Assembly: GCA_964016885.1 (NCBI GenBank)
Contig: OZ024765.1
Span: 1,736,001-1,800,000, forward strand
DNA: 64,000 bases
Source: Eledone cirrhosa
Taxonomy: Eukaryota
Direction of reading: 5' to 3'
Shown here piece after piece: positions 24,861 to 39,261 of the stretch; position 1 is the stretch's first letter, and each line of letters opens with the position of its first letter. A program made the translations under genes and the position numbers. The notes beneath the pieces were generated by a model. That model was not told where the DNA came from, made no database searches, and was given only the letters and a program-made list of their open reading frames with translations.

Positions 24861-25743
24861 GTACGTTAACCACAGTTTTCTTGTTTCATCTTTCTAACCC
24901 CTGCAACTGCTTCTTCTGCTGCCATCATAGAAACCTGAGGGTCTGAACCCTTGGAGAGCAGATAGGACACTGCCCAGCATTTTTAAGACCTACAGGAATG
25001 CTATGATAGAAACTTAGAGAAGGCATGAACCCTTGGAGAGGGGATAGGACACAGTCTAGCATTTCTAAGGTCCACTGGAATGTTATGAGGAACTTAGGGA
25101 GGGGTTGGACACAGTCTAGCATTTCTAAGGTCCACTGGAATGTTATGAGGAACTTAGGGAGGAGATGGGCCAAAATACCGTGATGGACACGAGGGACTGG
25201 ACACTTGATGTGAAGGACACTGCCAAGTATTTCTAATGTTCACTGAAATGCCATGATGGGCAACAGAGTAAAGCATTTAGAGTGGCACCCTATGTTGGGT
25301 TATATTGGAGTTTACCAATATATGTCCTGATAAAGATTATAGAAGCTCTATGTTAATCAGTATCCTTGGTCGGGCAGTAACTGAAAAAGGTTGAGGGAGT
25401 TTTTATCCTCAGTAAATTCCGCTATAGACTTTTATCACACAGACTGCAGAGCTCAAAATTTAATAAATTTAGACTTATAAGGCACATGGCTTAGTGGTTA
25501 GAGTGTTGGGTTTGCAATCAGGAGGTTGTGAGTTCAATTCTTGGACCAGATGATGCATTGGGTCCCTTGTGGGAGAGATTAAGGGACCAGAATCTATTGA
25601 TCATAGACTCAGGTCTGTCCTTCCTTTGTGGGTGAGGTTAAGGGGAGATAATCTATTTGTTGGATGTGATTTTCTGTTACAGGTTCAAAACCCAGACTTG
25701 GTCCCTAGTAATGTTTTTTTTTTTTTTTTGTTTCTCTTGACAG

Positions 25744-25827
25744 TACGTCTCTGGGCCACATGCAACCTATACTCAAATCCCTTACCAACCCCAAGGTGGT
25801 GCCGTAGTACAAACAGTTCCTGTTGAG
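25744..25827 (+). CDS. shep: shep/RBMS exon (YVSGPHATYTQIPYQPQGGAVVQTVPVE)
   Basis: Long poly-T + gacAG acceptor, GTAAGT donor; 84 nt, phase 0/0. Ends in VPVE as in RBMS1. Confidence 0.88.
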
Positions 25828-26765
25828 GTAAGTGCCCCCACCCCGGGGGAAATCTTTATTTCTGTTTACTAATTTAAAAATTTTAATTTTTTTAATACAT
25901 ATTCAGTATTTCAGAATTCCTTTGGAAGTGGGGTTTGCAGGGGTTTATATATAGTGGCCCCTGTGGAGGGGTGGAGGGTTTTTATATACTGGTCCTTTGA
26001 GAGGGGAGTTGCAATGGAATATATATAAAGTGGTTTCTTTGGAAGGGTGGGGGAAGGAGTTATATATAGTGGTCCTTTGAAAGGGGTAGAGGGCAGGGGT
26101 TAGTGACCCTTTCGGTGGAGTTGTAGTGGAATATATATAAAGTGGTCCCTTTGGAAGGGTGGGGGAAGGGATTATATATAGTGGTCCCTTAAGACGGGGG
26201 TGGAGGGCAGGGGTTAGTGACCCTTTCGGTGGAGTTGTAGTGGAATATATATAAAGTGGTCCCTTTGGAAGGGTGGGGGAAGGGGTTATATATAGTGGTC
26301 CCTTAAGACGGGGGAAGTGACACACTGGGGTCGTTTAAATTGACCCTCCCCAAAATTGCTGGCCTTGTGCCTATGTAAGAAACTATTATTAGGGCAGCGG
26401 ATTGTCAGTAGCAGTAGAGGGTCGGACGCCATGCTTTGCAGCATAGAGTTACGGCCCTTTACGTTCTGAGTTCAAATCACGCCGAGGTTAACTTTGCCTT
26501 TCATCCTTACGTGGTCGGTAAAATAAAGTACCAGTAATACACTGGGGTAATTGCTGGCCTTGTGCCTAAAGTTATTATTATTTCATTTATATATCCTTTA
26601 TTTATAGTGGTTTTTTTTTTTTGTTGGTGCGGGGTGGGGAAGATTATCCCCCCCCCCCCCCCCACCTCACCCCACGCACGTTAGTTGTAGTTGTTTATTT
26701 TAATTTTTTTTAAATCTTTTTTTGTTTTTGTTTGTTTTTTTTTTTTATTATTTTGTCTGTTGTAG

Positions 26766-26846
26766 GAGCATAACCCACCTCCAGTAGGGAATGATGAGGG
26801 TCAGCATCATTTCCAGACATACCAGACAGCCCCCCCTCCCAAGTAG
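26766..26846 (+). CDS. shep: shep/RBMS last coding exon (EHNPPPVGNDEGQHHFQTYQTAPPPK*)
   Basis: Long T-rich tract + tgtAG acceptor; in-frame TAG at 26844-26846; phase 0. Confidence 0.82.
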   Translation, partial: EHNPPPVGNDEGQHHFQTYQTAPPPK

Positions 26847-27117
26847 GAGCCATTCTATGGTAATCACTCTTTTTTTTTATGGTTTCTTTTCTTTTATATT
26901 TATCTTTATCTTTATATATTTTCTTCTCTTCTTTGTTCCTTTGCGTGTTTTGGATTTTATTTTTTTTCTTCGTTTAAAACCTTCATCTCCCCCTCTCTCT
27001 TCTTCATCACCAATTATGTTTAACCTGTTGACCGCCGCACATATTTTACACAGCTACAGTTGCTGTGTTGGGTTTTTTTCTTTCCTGTAAAATGACTTAT
27101 TTTGATTGACAAACGTC

Positions 27118-27427
27118 ACATCAATAAAGTAGTAACCACATCTAGCTCATCCTCACCACCACCACAACCACCATCACCACCAGCCCACCATCAATAAAGT
27201 AGTAACCACATCTAGCTCATCCTCACCACCACCACAACCACCATCACCACCAGCCCACCATCAATAAAGTAGTAACCACATCTAGCTCATCCTCACCACC
27301 ACCACAACCACCATCACCACCAGCCCACCATCAATAAAGTAGTAACCACATCTAGCTCATCCTCACCACCACCACAACCACCATCACCACCAGCCCACCA
27401 TCAATAAAGTAGTAACCACATCTAGCT
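27118..27427 (+). repeat. 70-bp tandem repeat (4.4 copies), each with AATAAA
   Basis: tcaataaagt at 27121, 27191, 27261, 27331, 27401. Confidence 0.93.
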
Positions 27428-27802
27428 TTGAAGTTATGAACTGTTGGAAAAGAGTTCAAACTTGTTAGGATAAGTTATCTTGTCACAGCACTGAAGAGGT
27501 TAAAACCCCTTTCTAATACAAGATACATCAACAGTTTTGAGGGATTTACTAATACAATGAACTTTCTCATTGCTTCGTTAACATCGTATGTGTAATGATT
27601 AGAGAACTGCAAGACTGAGTCCAGTTTATTATTTTACATCCCCTTATCAAAATAAGTTGGATTACTTTGAGTAAATCATGAATGAATATTATGTAATTTA
27701 TCTACTAAATGTCTTGGCTCTTGATTAAACATGAATAATCTTATAATGTATTGTATTGCTTATATCAAGATTCACTTCTGTTAAAAGTTTCAAATGTCAA
27801 CT

Positions 27803-28608
27803 TCCATTAGTGTTCATATCATAACACTCCACCCCATTAGTGTTCATATCATAATACTTCCCCCATTAGTGTTCATATCATAACACTCCACCCCATTAGT
27901 GTTCATATCATAATACTACACCCCATTAGTGTTCATATCATAATACTACACCCCATTAGTGTTCATATCATAATACTTCCCCCCATTAGTGTTCATATCA
28001 TAACACTCCACCCCATTAGTGTTCATATCATAATACTACACCCCATTAGTGTTCATATCATAACACTCCACCCCATTAGTGTTCATATCATAATACTTCC
28101 CCCCATTAGTGTTCATATCATAACACTCCACCCCATTAGTGTTCATATCATAATACTTCACCCCATTAGTGTTCATATCATAACACTCCACCCCATTAGT
28201 GTTCATATCATAATACTTCCCCCCATTAGTGTTCATATCATAACACTCCACCCCATTAGTGTTCATATCATAATACTACACCCCATTAGTGTTCATATCA
28301 TAATACTTCCCCCCATTAGTGTTCATATCATAACACTCCACCCATTAGTGTTCATATCATAATACTTACACCCCATTAGTGTTCATATCATAATACTACA
28401 CCCCATTAGTGTTCATATCATAATACTTCCCCCCATTAGTGTTCATATCATAACACTCCACCCCATTAGTGTTCATATCATAACACTTCCACCCCCATTA
28501 GTGTTCATATCATAATACTTCCCCCATTAGTGTTCATATCCATAACACACCACCCATTAGTGTTCATATCATAATACTACACCCCATTAGTGTTCATATC
28601 ATAATACT
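27803..28608. repeat. 30-bp minisatellite running into assembly gap
   Basis: ccccattagtgttcatatcataaYact..., ~27 copies visible. Confidence 0.95.
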
Positions 28609-28808
28609 NNNNNNNNNNNNNNNNNNNNNNNNNNNNNNNNNNNNNNNNNNNNNNNNNNNNNNNNNNNNNNNNNNNNNNNNNNNNNNNNNNNNNNNNNNNN
28701 NNNNNNNNNNNNNNNNNNNNNNNNNNNNNNNNNNNNNNNNNNNNNNNNNNNNNNNNNNNNNNNNNNNNNNNNNNNNNNNNNNNNNNNNNNNNNNNNNNNN
28801 NNNNNNNN
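28609..28808. other. Assembly gap (200 N)
   Basis: Run of n. Confidence 1.
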
Positions 28809-28830
28809 CACAAAACACACATGAAAAAAA

Positions 28831-28861
<31 letters not shown>

Positions 28862-29069
28862 GAAATTTTGAAACTTAAAAAAAAAAATAGGAAGAAAAGA
28901 TTTCTATTGAAAAAAAATATCTAAAAAGTAAACAGAGAAGGAGTATTAAAGAATGAGTGAATGTGAAGGAAAAAAAGGAAATAAAACGAAAAAAACACCA
29001 AGGAAAGGAAAGAAGGGGCGGGGGAGCAAAATGATTGCTATCCCTACTCCCTCTCCCCTACACCTCTTC

Positions 29070-29960
29070 CTCATCTGATTCTTGATCTAAGATGACTTAA
29101 TCCCATGTTTTTTGTTATACAGGGAGATGATCTGCTCTGATACTTGATTCGAGATGAGTTGAACCGTTCTTTTTCTATGTTATACAGGGAGATGATCAGC
29201 TCTCTGTTTGATCCTTGATTCAAGATGACTTGAACACCTCATTTTGTATGTTATATAGAGAGATGATCAGCTCTCTGATACTTGATTCAAGATGATTTGA
29301 ACACTGTTTTGTATGTAATATAGGGAGATGATCAGCTCTCTGATACTTGATTCAAGATGATTTGAACACTGTTTTGTATGTTATAGAAGGAGATGATCAG
29401 CTCTCTGATCCTTGATTCAAGATGACTTGAACACTGTTTTGTATGTTATAGAGGGAGATGATCAGTTCTCTGTTTGATCCTTGATTCAAGATGACTTGAA
29501 CACTGTTTTGTATGTTATAGAGGGAGATGATTAGCTCTCTGATACTAGATTCAAGATGACTTGAACACTGTTTTGTATGTTATAGAGGGAGATTGTTTCC
29601 TTATCTCTCTGATTCTTGATACCAGACAACTTGATCCCATATTTGTAATGAAGGGAATTCATCTCCTGTTTGATACTTGATCCCTCGTTTTGTAATGTAG
29701 CAGAGAGATCAACCCCCTCCCCTCTCTCTGATTCTTGATTCGAGATGACACAATCCCATATTTGTATTGGAGTTCACCCCCCCACCCTCCCTATTTGATA
29801 CTTGATTCCCACCCCACCCCCGTTTTTGTAATGCCAGCAGAGAGATGATCCCTCCTCTCTGATCCTTGATTCAAGATGACTTGATTACCCCCTTCTCCCC
29901 CCCTCCCTTCCTCCCCCATTTTGTAATACAGGGAGATAACTCCTCTCTCATGAATCTTCA
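29070..29960. repeat. ~65-bp degenerate tandem repeat
   Basis: gggagatgatcagctctctgatacttgattcaagatgacttgaacactgttttgtatgttata; homogeneous centre, diverged edges. Confidence 0.85.
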
Positions 29961-30570
29961 TCCAAAATGACGTAACCCCACTTTGTAAAGCAGGGAGTCA
30001 CCCCTACCCACTTTTCACAGTAGAGAGGGGGTCGGGGGAGAAAAAGGGCCATTACTGAACTGATGATAAAAAAATATAATAATAATAATAATGATGATGG
30101 ATGATAACAATGGCTGCTCTTCTCATCATCTCTCGATTTGAAAACAACAGAGGGATGGGGGGGACGGGGTTTTTTCGGGGGGATGGGGACTAAAAGGGAA
30201 AACGCTTGCATGTTAGGATATAAGCAGTTATCTCCTCCTCTTCTGCCCCCTCTCCCCTCCCCTCGAAAAATAAGAGTAGAGAAAGCTGGAGTATGGGGTG
30301 GGGAGGGCCATGTGTGCTTTTTATATATTGTCATAATTGATGTCTCCATCCCCCCCCTCCCTCATGCCCTTCTCTCCCTCTCTCTCGCTTTCTATCTCTA
30401 TATATAGAGGAAAGGATATATCTATATATACATATATATCCTTTCCTCTATTCCTCTCTCCTCTCTCTCCCTCTTCCTCTCTCTCCTCTTCCTCCCCCCC
30501 TCTCTCCCCCTCCCTCCGTACTCCCTCCCCTCTCACCTCTATCCCTCTCACTCCCTCTCCCTCCCTATAC

Positions 30571-30601
<31 letters not shown>

Positions 30602-31110
30602 TCCTTTCCTCTATCTCTCTCCCCCTCTCTCTATCCCTCCCTATATATATATATATATCCTTCATCTCCCCCCTCTCTCTATCCCTCCCTATATATATAT
30701 CCTTCCCTCCCTCTCTCTCTCTGGGCTGACAGACACTCAGACAGTGTTTTGTTTGCTGGTTTTAGTTTTGTTAAAGTGTATTGTCTTTATCCCCCCCCCC
30801 CCCCCCCATCACCATCATCACCCCCACCGCCATCACCACCATCACCATCATGGCCCCCCACCCCACCACCACCATCATCCCCACCATCACCATCATTATC
30901 CATTGCTGATAAAGAGGGAACGATGAAGAATGGATGATTTACTGACAATGATGTTGATGATGATGATAATGACAATGAAGGTGACGATGATGATGATGAC
31001 AGCTATGGCTATGAAGGTGATGATGATGATGATGATGATAGATTTTCAAATTTTTCTTTATCTACTAATAATAATAATAATAACCATTATCATTATTGTT
31101 GTTGATGTTG

Positions 31111-31142
<32 letters not shown>

Positions 31143-34100
31143 GCGAACTGTTTTACGATATTTCTTCTTGGTTTGTTTGTTGGTTTTTCTTTCTTTTTTT
31201 GTTGTTGTGTGTCTGTTCGAATCCTGCCTAGGGTGGACTTCACCTTTTTTTTTTATTCACCATGGGGCCGGTTGGGGGAGGGGAGCAGGGAGGACTGGGT
31301 TTGACAAGGTACCTGCCATATAATTGGGTTGACGGGGGGGGGGGGGGGATTGGGGTCGATTTAAATTGACTGTACACCCACCATCCCCCCCTCGCAAAAA
31401 GTGGAAACCATTGTTGTCATTTTATTGTGGGTTGGCAGTATCGTTAGAGGGTCGGACGCCATGCTGTGTGGCATAGAGTCATGGCCCTTTACGGTCTGAG
31501 TTCAAATCCCGCCGAGGTTAACTTTGCCTTTCATCCTTACGTTCGATAAAATAAAGTTCGATAAAATAAAGTACCAGTTATACACTGGGTAATTGCTGGC
31601 CTTGTGCCAAAAATAGAAACAATTATTATTATTGTCGTTAATACATCAGATGAAATGCTTTGATGTTAATTTGTTCTGGCTGTTTACATAACTTGGGTTC
31701 AAATCCCTCCACGGTCAACTTTGCCTCTAGGGGGATCCGATGACATAAAGTACCAGTTGCGTACTGGGCGAGGGCGTGGTCGATGTGTTCGACTTTCCCC
31801 TCTCCTGCTCCTTCCCCTCGTCCCTTCCAGAATTGCTGGCCTTGTGCCTTCCAGCAAAGTTACGTCCCTTTACGGTCTGAGTTCAAATCCCGTCGAGGTT
31901 AACTTTTCCTTTCATCCTTACAGGGTCGATAAAATAAAGTACCAGTAATGCACTGGGGTAATTGCTGGCCTTGTGCCAAAACTAGAAACAATTATTATTA
32001 TTATTAATGATATCATCTCCATTGTTCTTAGTAGTATTATTTCAAAGAATTTTTATGTAAAAAAAAAATGACACAAACAAAAAAAAAATTGTTTTGGGTT
32101 TTTTTTTTTTTTTTTTTTAGAGGGCTATGGGTGTGGGGATAGCTGAAGGGGTGGGGGAACGATAAGGTTACCTCCCTTTCTAACTGGAGTTTTTTGTTTT
32201 TTTTTCTTTTTGTTAATTTTATTTTATTTTTATTGTTTGTTTGTTGTGAGAGAAACGAGGCAAAGGAAGAAAGAAAGAAAGAAAGAAAAAAACCTGAACA
32301 TTATTATTATTATTATTTTTTTTATTTGGTGGTATGCTACCCTTCTGTCGTTCCCCTTCTTCCCTCTTTCACCCGTTCACAAAAATATCCTGGCTCCCAA
32401 CTTTTTAAGACAAACTCGCCTCCCTCTTTCTTTCTTACAAAAAAGAAAAAAAAAACATATAAAAATAAAAATGTTAAAAAAACCCCCAAAAAACTGCTGA
32501 GGGTTTTAATCCTTTCGTGGCGATGTTTCCAGTGAGATACGCCCTCGACATCTTGTAGGACATTATACCACATTAGCAAGGCATTCATGGAAAGTACAAA
32601 ACAACACTATGACTGCATCACATTAAATATTAAAGTGTTTACTGTAATACTGTAAATTTTGACAACAATCTGTCCACCAGTAAAGATACTATAAACATTT
32701 AGTACAAAACAACACTATGACTACATCACATTAAATATTAAAGTGTTTACTGTAATACTGTAAATTTTGACAACAATCTGTCCACCAGTAAAGATACTAT
32801 AAACATTTAGTACAAGACAACACTATGACTACATCACATTAAATATTAAAGTGTTTACTGTAATACTGTAAATTTTGACAACAATCTGTCCACCAGTAAA
32901 GATACTATAAACATTTAGTACAAGACAACACTATGACTACATCACATTAAATATTAAAGTCTTTACTGTAATGTTGTAAGTTTTCACAACAATCTGTCCA
33001 CTAGTAAAGATACTATAAACATTTAGTACAAAACAACACTATGACTACATCACATTAGATATTAAAGTCTTTACTGTAATACTGTAAATTTTCACAACAA
33101 TCTGTCCACCAGTAAAGATACTATAAACATTTAGTACAAAACAACACTATGACTACATCACATTAAATATTAAAGTCTTTACTATAATACTGTAAATGTT
33201 CACAACAATCTTTCTAATAATAAAGAGACTATAAATATTTGAATTAACAAACCTATTTTTAGATAATTTTCATTTTCTGTTAAATTATTACAGGATGTTA
33301 AGAATTTTAAGGGATTTAGTAAAATTATTAATTATTTCATTACTAAGTTAGTAACTTAACTTATGATTATGTTGACAGTTTTTAATTTCAATAGAAACCT
33401 TTTTAAATGGGTTTTATTTCTCATAACTAGAGTAAGTTTTGGCCAGGTTGGTAACAAAAGGGTTAAAATTTCAAAGCACCCCTTGACACACACAAACACA
33501 CCCACCCTGTCCATACACTCCTGATCCCAGCTCTTATCTTTCCTTCTTTCTCTATCCCTCTTTTTTTTTTATTATTCCTGCCCCCCTCAAGAAAACGAAA
33601 TTAAGGGGAAAAGAAAAAAAAATGTATATTTTCTTTAGGGAGGGGGTCGGCTAAAAAAAAATGAAAAGATGAAAAAAAAAGTTTTGCTGATAATTTCAAT
33701 TTTTTTTTTAATTTTCCTTCATTTTGTGAATAAGAAACCGAAAATTTCCCCCACTCCCCGCAGATTCCTTTTGTCTCCCTCTCTCTTGAAAAAAAAAAAG
33801 CAACTGATAAATTCTTTTCTGTTTTATCTTTAATTTTTTTTTTTTATTTTAAATTTAAATTTCACTTTTTTTAAAAAAAAAAAAAAATTAATTTTTTCTG
33901 TTACACTTTCGTTGTACTTTGTTTTTGTTTTTTTTTCCCCTGTGTTTTTTTTTGTTTATTTTTCAAATTTAAATTTATTGATTTTTTTTTTTAAATTTTT
34001 TTTTACTGAATAATAACTATTTTAAAAAACGACAAATCTTTTTTTTTTCTTTGATATACATATGTATATATATACATGTGTGTATATATATGTGTATATA

Positions 34101-34308
34101 TATATATATGTATATAGCATTTATGTAAGATTGTTGGCTTCAGTTATATATAAAACATAAATATATATATTATATGTATATATATATATATGTTTATAAA
34201 TGTATATATATATATATGTATATATATATGTATATATATATATGTATATATATATGTATATATATATGTATATATATATGTATATATATATGTATATATA
34301 TATATGTA

Positions 34309-34351
<43 letters not shown>

Positions 34352-34533
34352 GTATATATGTATATATATATGTATATATATAAGTAAGATGTATGGTAGG
34401 TCGTATGTGAATCGCGATGATCACGCCTGACCTACCAAATATGCGACGGTAGCTAGTTAAGCTCTATGTGTATATATATATATATATGTATATATATATG
34501 TATATATATATATATATGTATATGTATATGTAT

Positions 34534-34565
<32 letters not shown>

Positions 34566-34608
34566 GTATATATATATGTATATATATGTATGTATGTATA
34601 TATATATG

Positions 34609-34639
<31 letters not shown>

Positions 34640-35286
34640 GTATATATATATGTATATATATATGTATATATGTATATATATATGTATATATGTATATATA
34701 TGTATATATGTATATATATGTATATATATATGTATATATGTATATATATATGTATATATATGTATATATGTATATATATGTATATATATATGTATATATA
34801 TGTATATATATGTATATATATGTATATATATGTATATATATATGTATATATATGTATATATATGTATATATATGTATATATATGTATATATATATGTATA
34901 TATATATGTATATATATATGTATATATATATATGTATATATGTATATATGTATATATATATGTATATATGTATATATATATGTATATATATATGTATATA
35001 TGTATATATATATGTATATATATATATGTATATATGTATATGTATATATGTATATGTATATATATATATATGTATGTATGTATATATATAAATATATGTA
35101 TATACAAATATAAATTAGCGAGAATCGTATTTCGGCTTTGGAAATTAGCGAAAAACAACTTCCGAGATGTGTGGCAAGCGCTCAATAGATTCTAACGAAC
35201 CAGAGCTACAACATACGTTAAAGGCCAAACACACTGAGACGAGGGTTAAACCATTATCTGCTCAGCCATAGAAACGACCAAGTATG

Positions 35287-35317
<31 letters not shown>

Positions 35318-36000
35318 GTATATGTATATATATATATGTATATGTATATATGTATATATATATATATGCGTATATGTATGTATATGTATATATATATATA
35401 TGTATATATGTATATGTATATGTATATATATATATATGTATATGTATGTATATATATATGTATATGTATGTATATATATATATGTATGTATATATATATA
35501 TGTATATGTATATGTATATGTATATATGTATATGTATATGTATATATATATATGTATATATATGTATATGTATATATATATATGTATATATATGTATATG
35601 TATATATATGTATATGTATATATATATATGTATATGTATATATATATATGTATATATATATGTATATATATATATATGTATATGTATATATATATATGTA
35701 TATGTATATGTATATATATATATGTATATATATATGTATATATATATATGTATATATATATATGTATATATATATATGTGTATATGTATATATATATATG
35801 TATATATGTATATGTGTATATGTATATATATATATATATATGTATGTGTATATATATGTATGTATATATATATGTATGTATATATATATGTATGTATATG
35901 TATGTATATATATATACATATATTTATCCTTATCGAGCCCTCTTTGGATTTTAGTCTTCGAATTTATTATTATTACTATACATATACATATATATATATA

Positions 36001-36046
<46 letters not shown>

Positions 36047-36137
36047 CATCAACAACATATATATGTATATATATATACATATATATATATTTGTTAATAT
36101 TCAATTTAATGACCTATGCCTTTTCTCTTCTTGACGA

Positions 36138-37207
36138 CAATACTACCAGGGTGTTGCCCTCACAGTCACTACAATACTACCAGGGTGTTGCCCTCACTGT
36201 CACTACAATACTACCAGGGTGTTGCCCTCACGGTCACTACAATACTACCAGGGTGTTGCCCTCACAGTCACTACAATACTACCAGGGTGTTGCCCTCACT
36301 GTCACTACAATACTACCAGGGTGTTGCCCTCACAGTCACTACAATACTACCAGGGTGTTGCCCTCACAGTCACTACAATACTACCAGGGTGTTGCCCTCA
36401 CAGTCACTACAATACTACCAGGGTGTTGCCCTCACGGTCACTACAATACTACCAGGGTGTTGCCCTCACTGTCACTACAATACTACCAGGGTGTTGCCCT
36501 CACGGTCACTACAATACTACCAGGGTGTTGCCCTCACTGTCACTACAATACTACCAGGGTGTTGCCCTCACTGTCACTACAATACTACCAGGGTGTTGCC
36601 CTCACTGTCACTACAATACTACCAGGGTGTTGCCCTCACTGTCACTACAATACTACCAGGGTGTTGCCCTCACAGTCACTACAATACTACCAGGGTGTTG
36701 CCCTCACTGTCACTACAATACTACCAGGGTGTTGCCCTCACTGTCACTACAATACTACCAGGGTGTTGCCCTCACTGTCACTACAATACTACCAGGGTGT
36801 TGCCCTCACAGTCACTACAATACTACCAGGGTGTTGCCCTCACTGTCACTACAATACTACCAGGGTGTTGCCCTCACTGTCACTACAATACTACCAGGGT
36901 GTTGCCCTCACTGTCACTACAATACTACCAGGGTGTTGCCCTCACTGTCACTACAATACTACCAGGGTGTTGCCCTCACAGTCACTACAATACTACCAGG
37001 GTGTTGCCCTCACAGTCACTACAATACTACCAGGGTGTTGCCCTCACAGTCACTGCAATACTACCAGGGTGTTGCCCTCACGGTCACTGCAATACTACCA
37101 GGGTGTTGCCCTCACAGTCACTGCAATACTACCAGGGTGTTGCCCTCACAGTCACTGCAATACTACCAGGGTGTTGCCCTCACTGTCACTGCAATACTAC
37201 CAGGGTG
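36138..37207. repeat. 34-bp minisatellite (~31 copies)
   Basis: caatactaccagggtgttgccctcacDgtcacta; last ~5 copies carry a ctgcaa variant. Confidence 0.95.
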
Positions 37208-37639
37208 TGCTGTCTATTATATATAGGGTAAGCCTGATTGGACGCGCTCGATTATAACGGATAAGGGTGCGCACTTGTTGTGGCTTGAGTTTCTTCCGTT
37301 TTCGATACGGCTGCGTAGCTGCTGACACCTGCACGCTGTCACGGCGAGTCCTCGTCCCCTGCACCGCCCTGCCGGCGGGAATGCAGGGACGCGAAGCAGC
37401 GGCCTGTGCTGTGACACGCGCCACCCTCTAGCCGTCTTCGATTCGGACGGAAGTTTCCGCTTCGCCCGTGTCTTTGTGCGGCCGAATGCAACCCGCCACC
37501 GCCGTCCTGTATGAGAGTGTGTGTCTTCTGATCCCCGTGGTGGTTCTCCTGAGCCTCATGGTGGCCCTTTGTCCTTCAGCAAGACACCTTATTTCATATT
37601 GGACCTGTCAACTTAGCTCGGAAACAAGGACTTAGTTAT

Positions 37640-38210
37640 ATCTGTAATTCAAAGGGATCTGCTGTTGTCACCATACTGTGTTAAACTGAATCTCCCTGAG
37701 AACTCTGTAATTCAAAAGACCAGCTTTGTCACACAGTGTCTGCTGAATCTCCCTGAGAACTCTGTAATTTAAAAGACCAGCCTTGTCATCATACTGTGTT
37801 ATGCTGAATCTCCCTGAGAACTCTGTAATTCAAAAGGTCAACCTTGTCACATATTGTGTCTGCTGCATCTCCCTGAGAACTCGGTAATTCAAAAGGTCAA
37901 CTGTGTCACATATTGTGTCTGCTGCATCACCCTGAGAACTCTGTAATTCAAAAGGTCAACCTTGTCACATACTGTGTCTGCTGAATCTCCCTGAGAACTT
38001 TAATTTAAAAGACCAGCCTTGTCACCATACTGTGTTACACTGAATCTCCCTGGGAACTCTGTTTAGGTTGGAGAACTATGTCTGTGGAAAGCTCAGCCAC
38101 TTAAACTATAATACATGGTAGACTGTACCTATAATTTAAAGAGCCAGCCCTCTCACAATCTGTGTCATACTGAATCTCCCTGAGAAGTACATTAAAGGTA
38201 CATGTCTGTA
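37640..38210. repeat. ~59-bp degenerate tandem repeat derived from SINE tail
   Basis: tgaatctccctgagaactctgtaattcaaaag..; single-copy homologue at 5615-5685(-). Confidence 0.82.
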
Positions 38211-38423
38211 GAATGCTCAGCCACTTACATGACTGTACCATTGATCGAACAACTGCAACACTTTCCAACACAATCTTTCATTTTTCCTTTTGCTTTTTTG
38301 CTTGTTTTTATTTTTATTTGTTGTTGGTTTTGTTTCAGTTTTTATTTCATGGGAGAAGAGACAGTTGTTGATAGATAGAGAGATAGAGAGATAGAGAGAT
38401 AGATAGATAGAGAGAGATAAATA

Positions 38424-39261
38424 GACAGATAGTATCAGTAATGGAAAGACCAATGGACACATTGTTTCCTTGGTCTGATCTGATGATCAGCTCCTTTCTT
38501 CTACCAGGTATTGTGACTGACAGATAGTATCACTAATGGAAAGACCAATGGACACATTGTTTCCTTGGTCTGATCTGATGATCAGCTCCTTTCTTCTGCC
38601 AGGAGTTGTGACTGACAGATAGTATCAGTAATAGAAAGACCAATGGACACATTGTTTCCTTGGTCTGATCTGATGATCAGCTCCTTTCTTCTACCAGGTA
38701 TTGTGACTGACAGATAGTATCAGTAATGGAAAGACCAATGGACACATTGTTTCCTTGGTCTGATCTGATGATCAGCTCCTTTCTTCTGCCAGGAGTTGTG
38801 ACTGACAGATAGTATCAGTAATGGAAAGACCAATGGACACATTGTTTCCTTGGTCTGATCTGATGATCAGCTCCTTTCTTCTACCAGGAGTTGTGACTGA
38901 CAGATAGTATCAGTAATGGAAAGACCAATGGACACATTGTTTCCTTGGTCTGATCTGATGATCAGCTCCTTTCTTCTGCCAGGAGTTGTGACTGACAGAT
39001 AGTATCAGTAATGGAAAGACCAATGGACACATTGTTTCCTTGGTCTGATCTGATGATCAGCTCCTTTCTTCTACCAGGAGTTGTGACTGACAGATAGTAT
39101 CAGTAATGGAAAGACCAATGGACACATTGTTTCCTTGGTCTGATCTGATGATCAGCTCCTTTCTTCTGCCAGGAGTTGTGACTGACAGATAGTATCAGTA
39201 ATGGAAAGATCAATGGAAACATTGTTTCCTTGGTCTGATCTGATGATCAGCTCCTTTCTTC
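38424..39261. repeat. 95-bp tandem repeat (~9 copies) derived from SINE family B tail
   Basis: Unit matches single-copy segments at 50640-50725 and 19993-20060. Confidence 0.9.

Noticed and set aside
35284-37257. 657-aa and overlapping ORFs; CRISPR-like regularity
   Set aside because: The 34-bp unit lacks stops in all + frames. There are no unique spacers and no cas genes, so it is a minisatellite.
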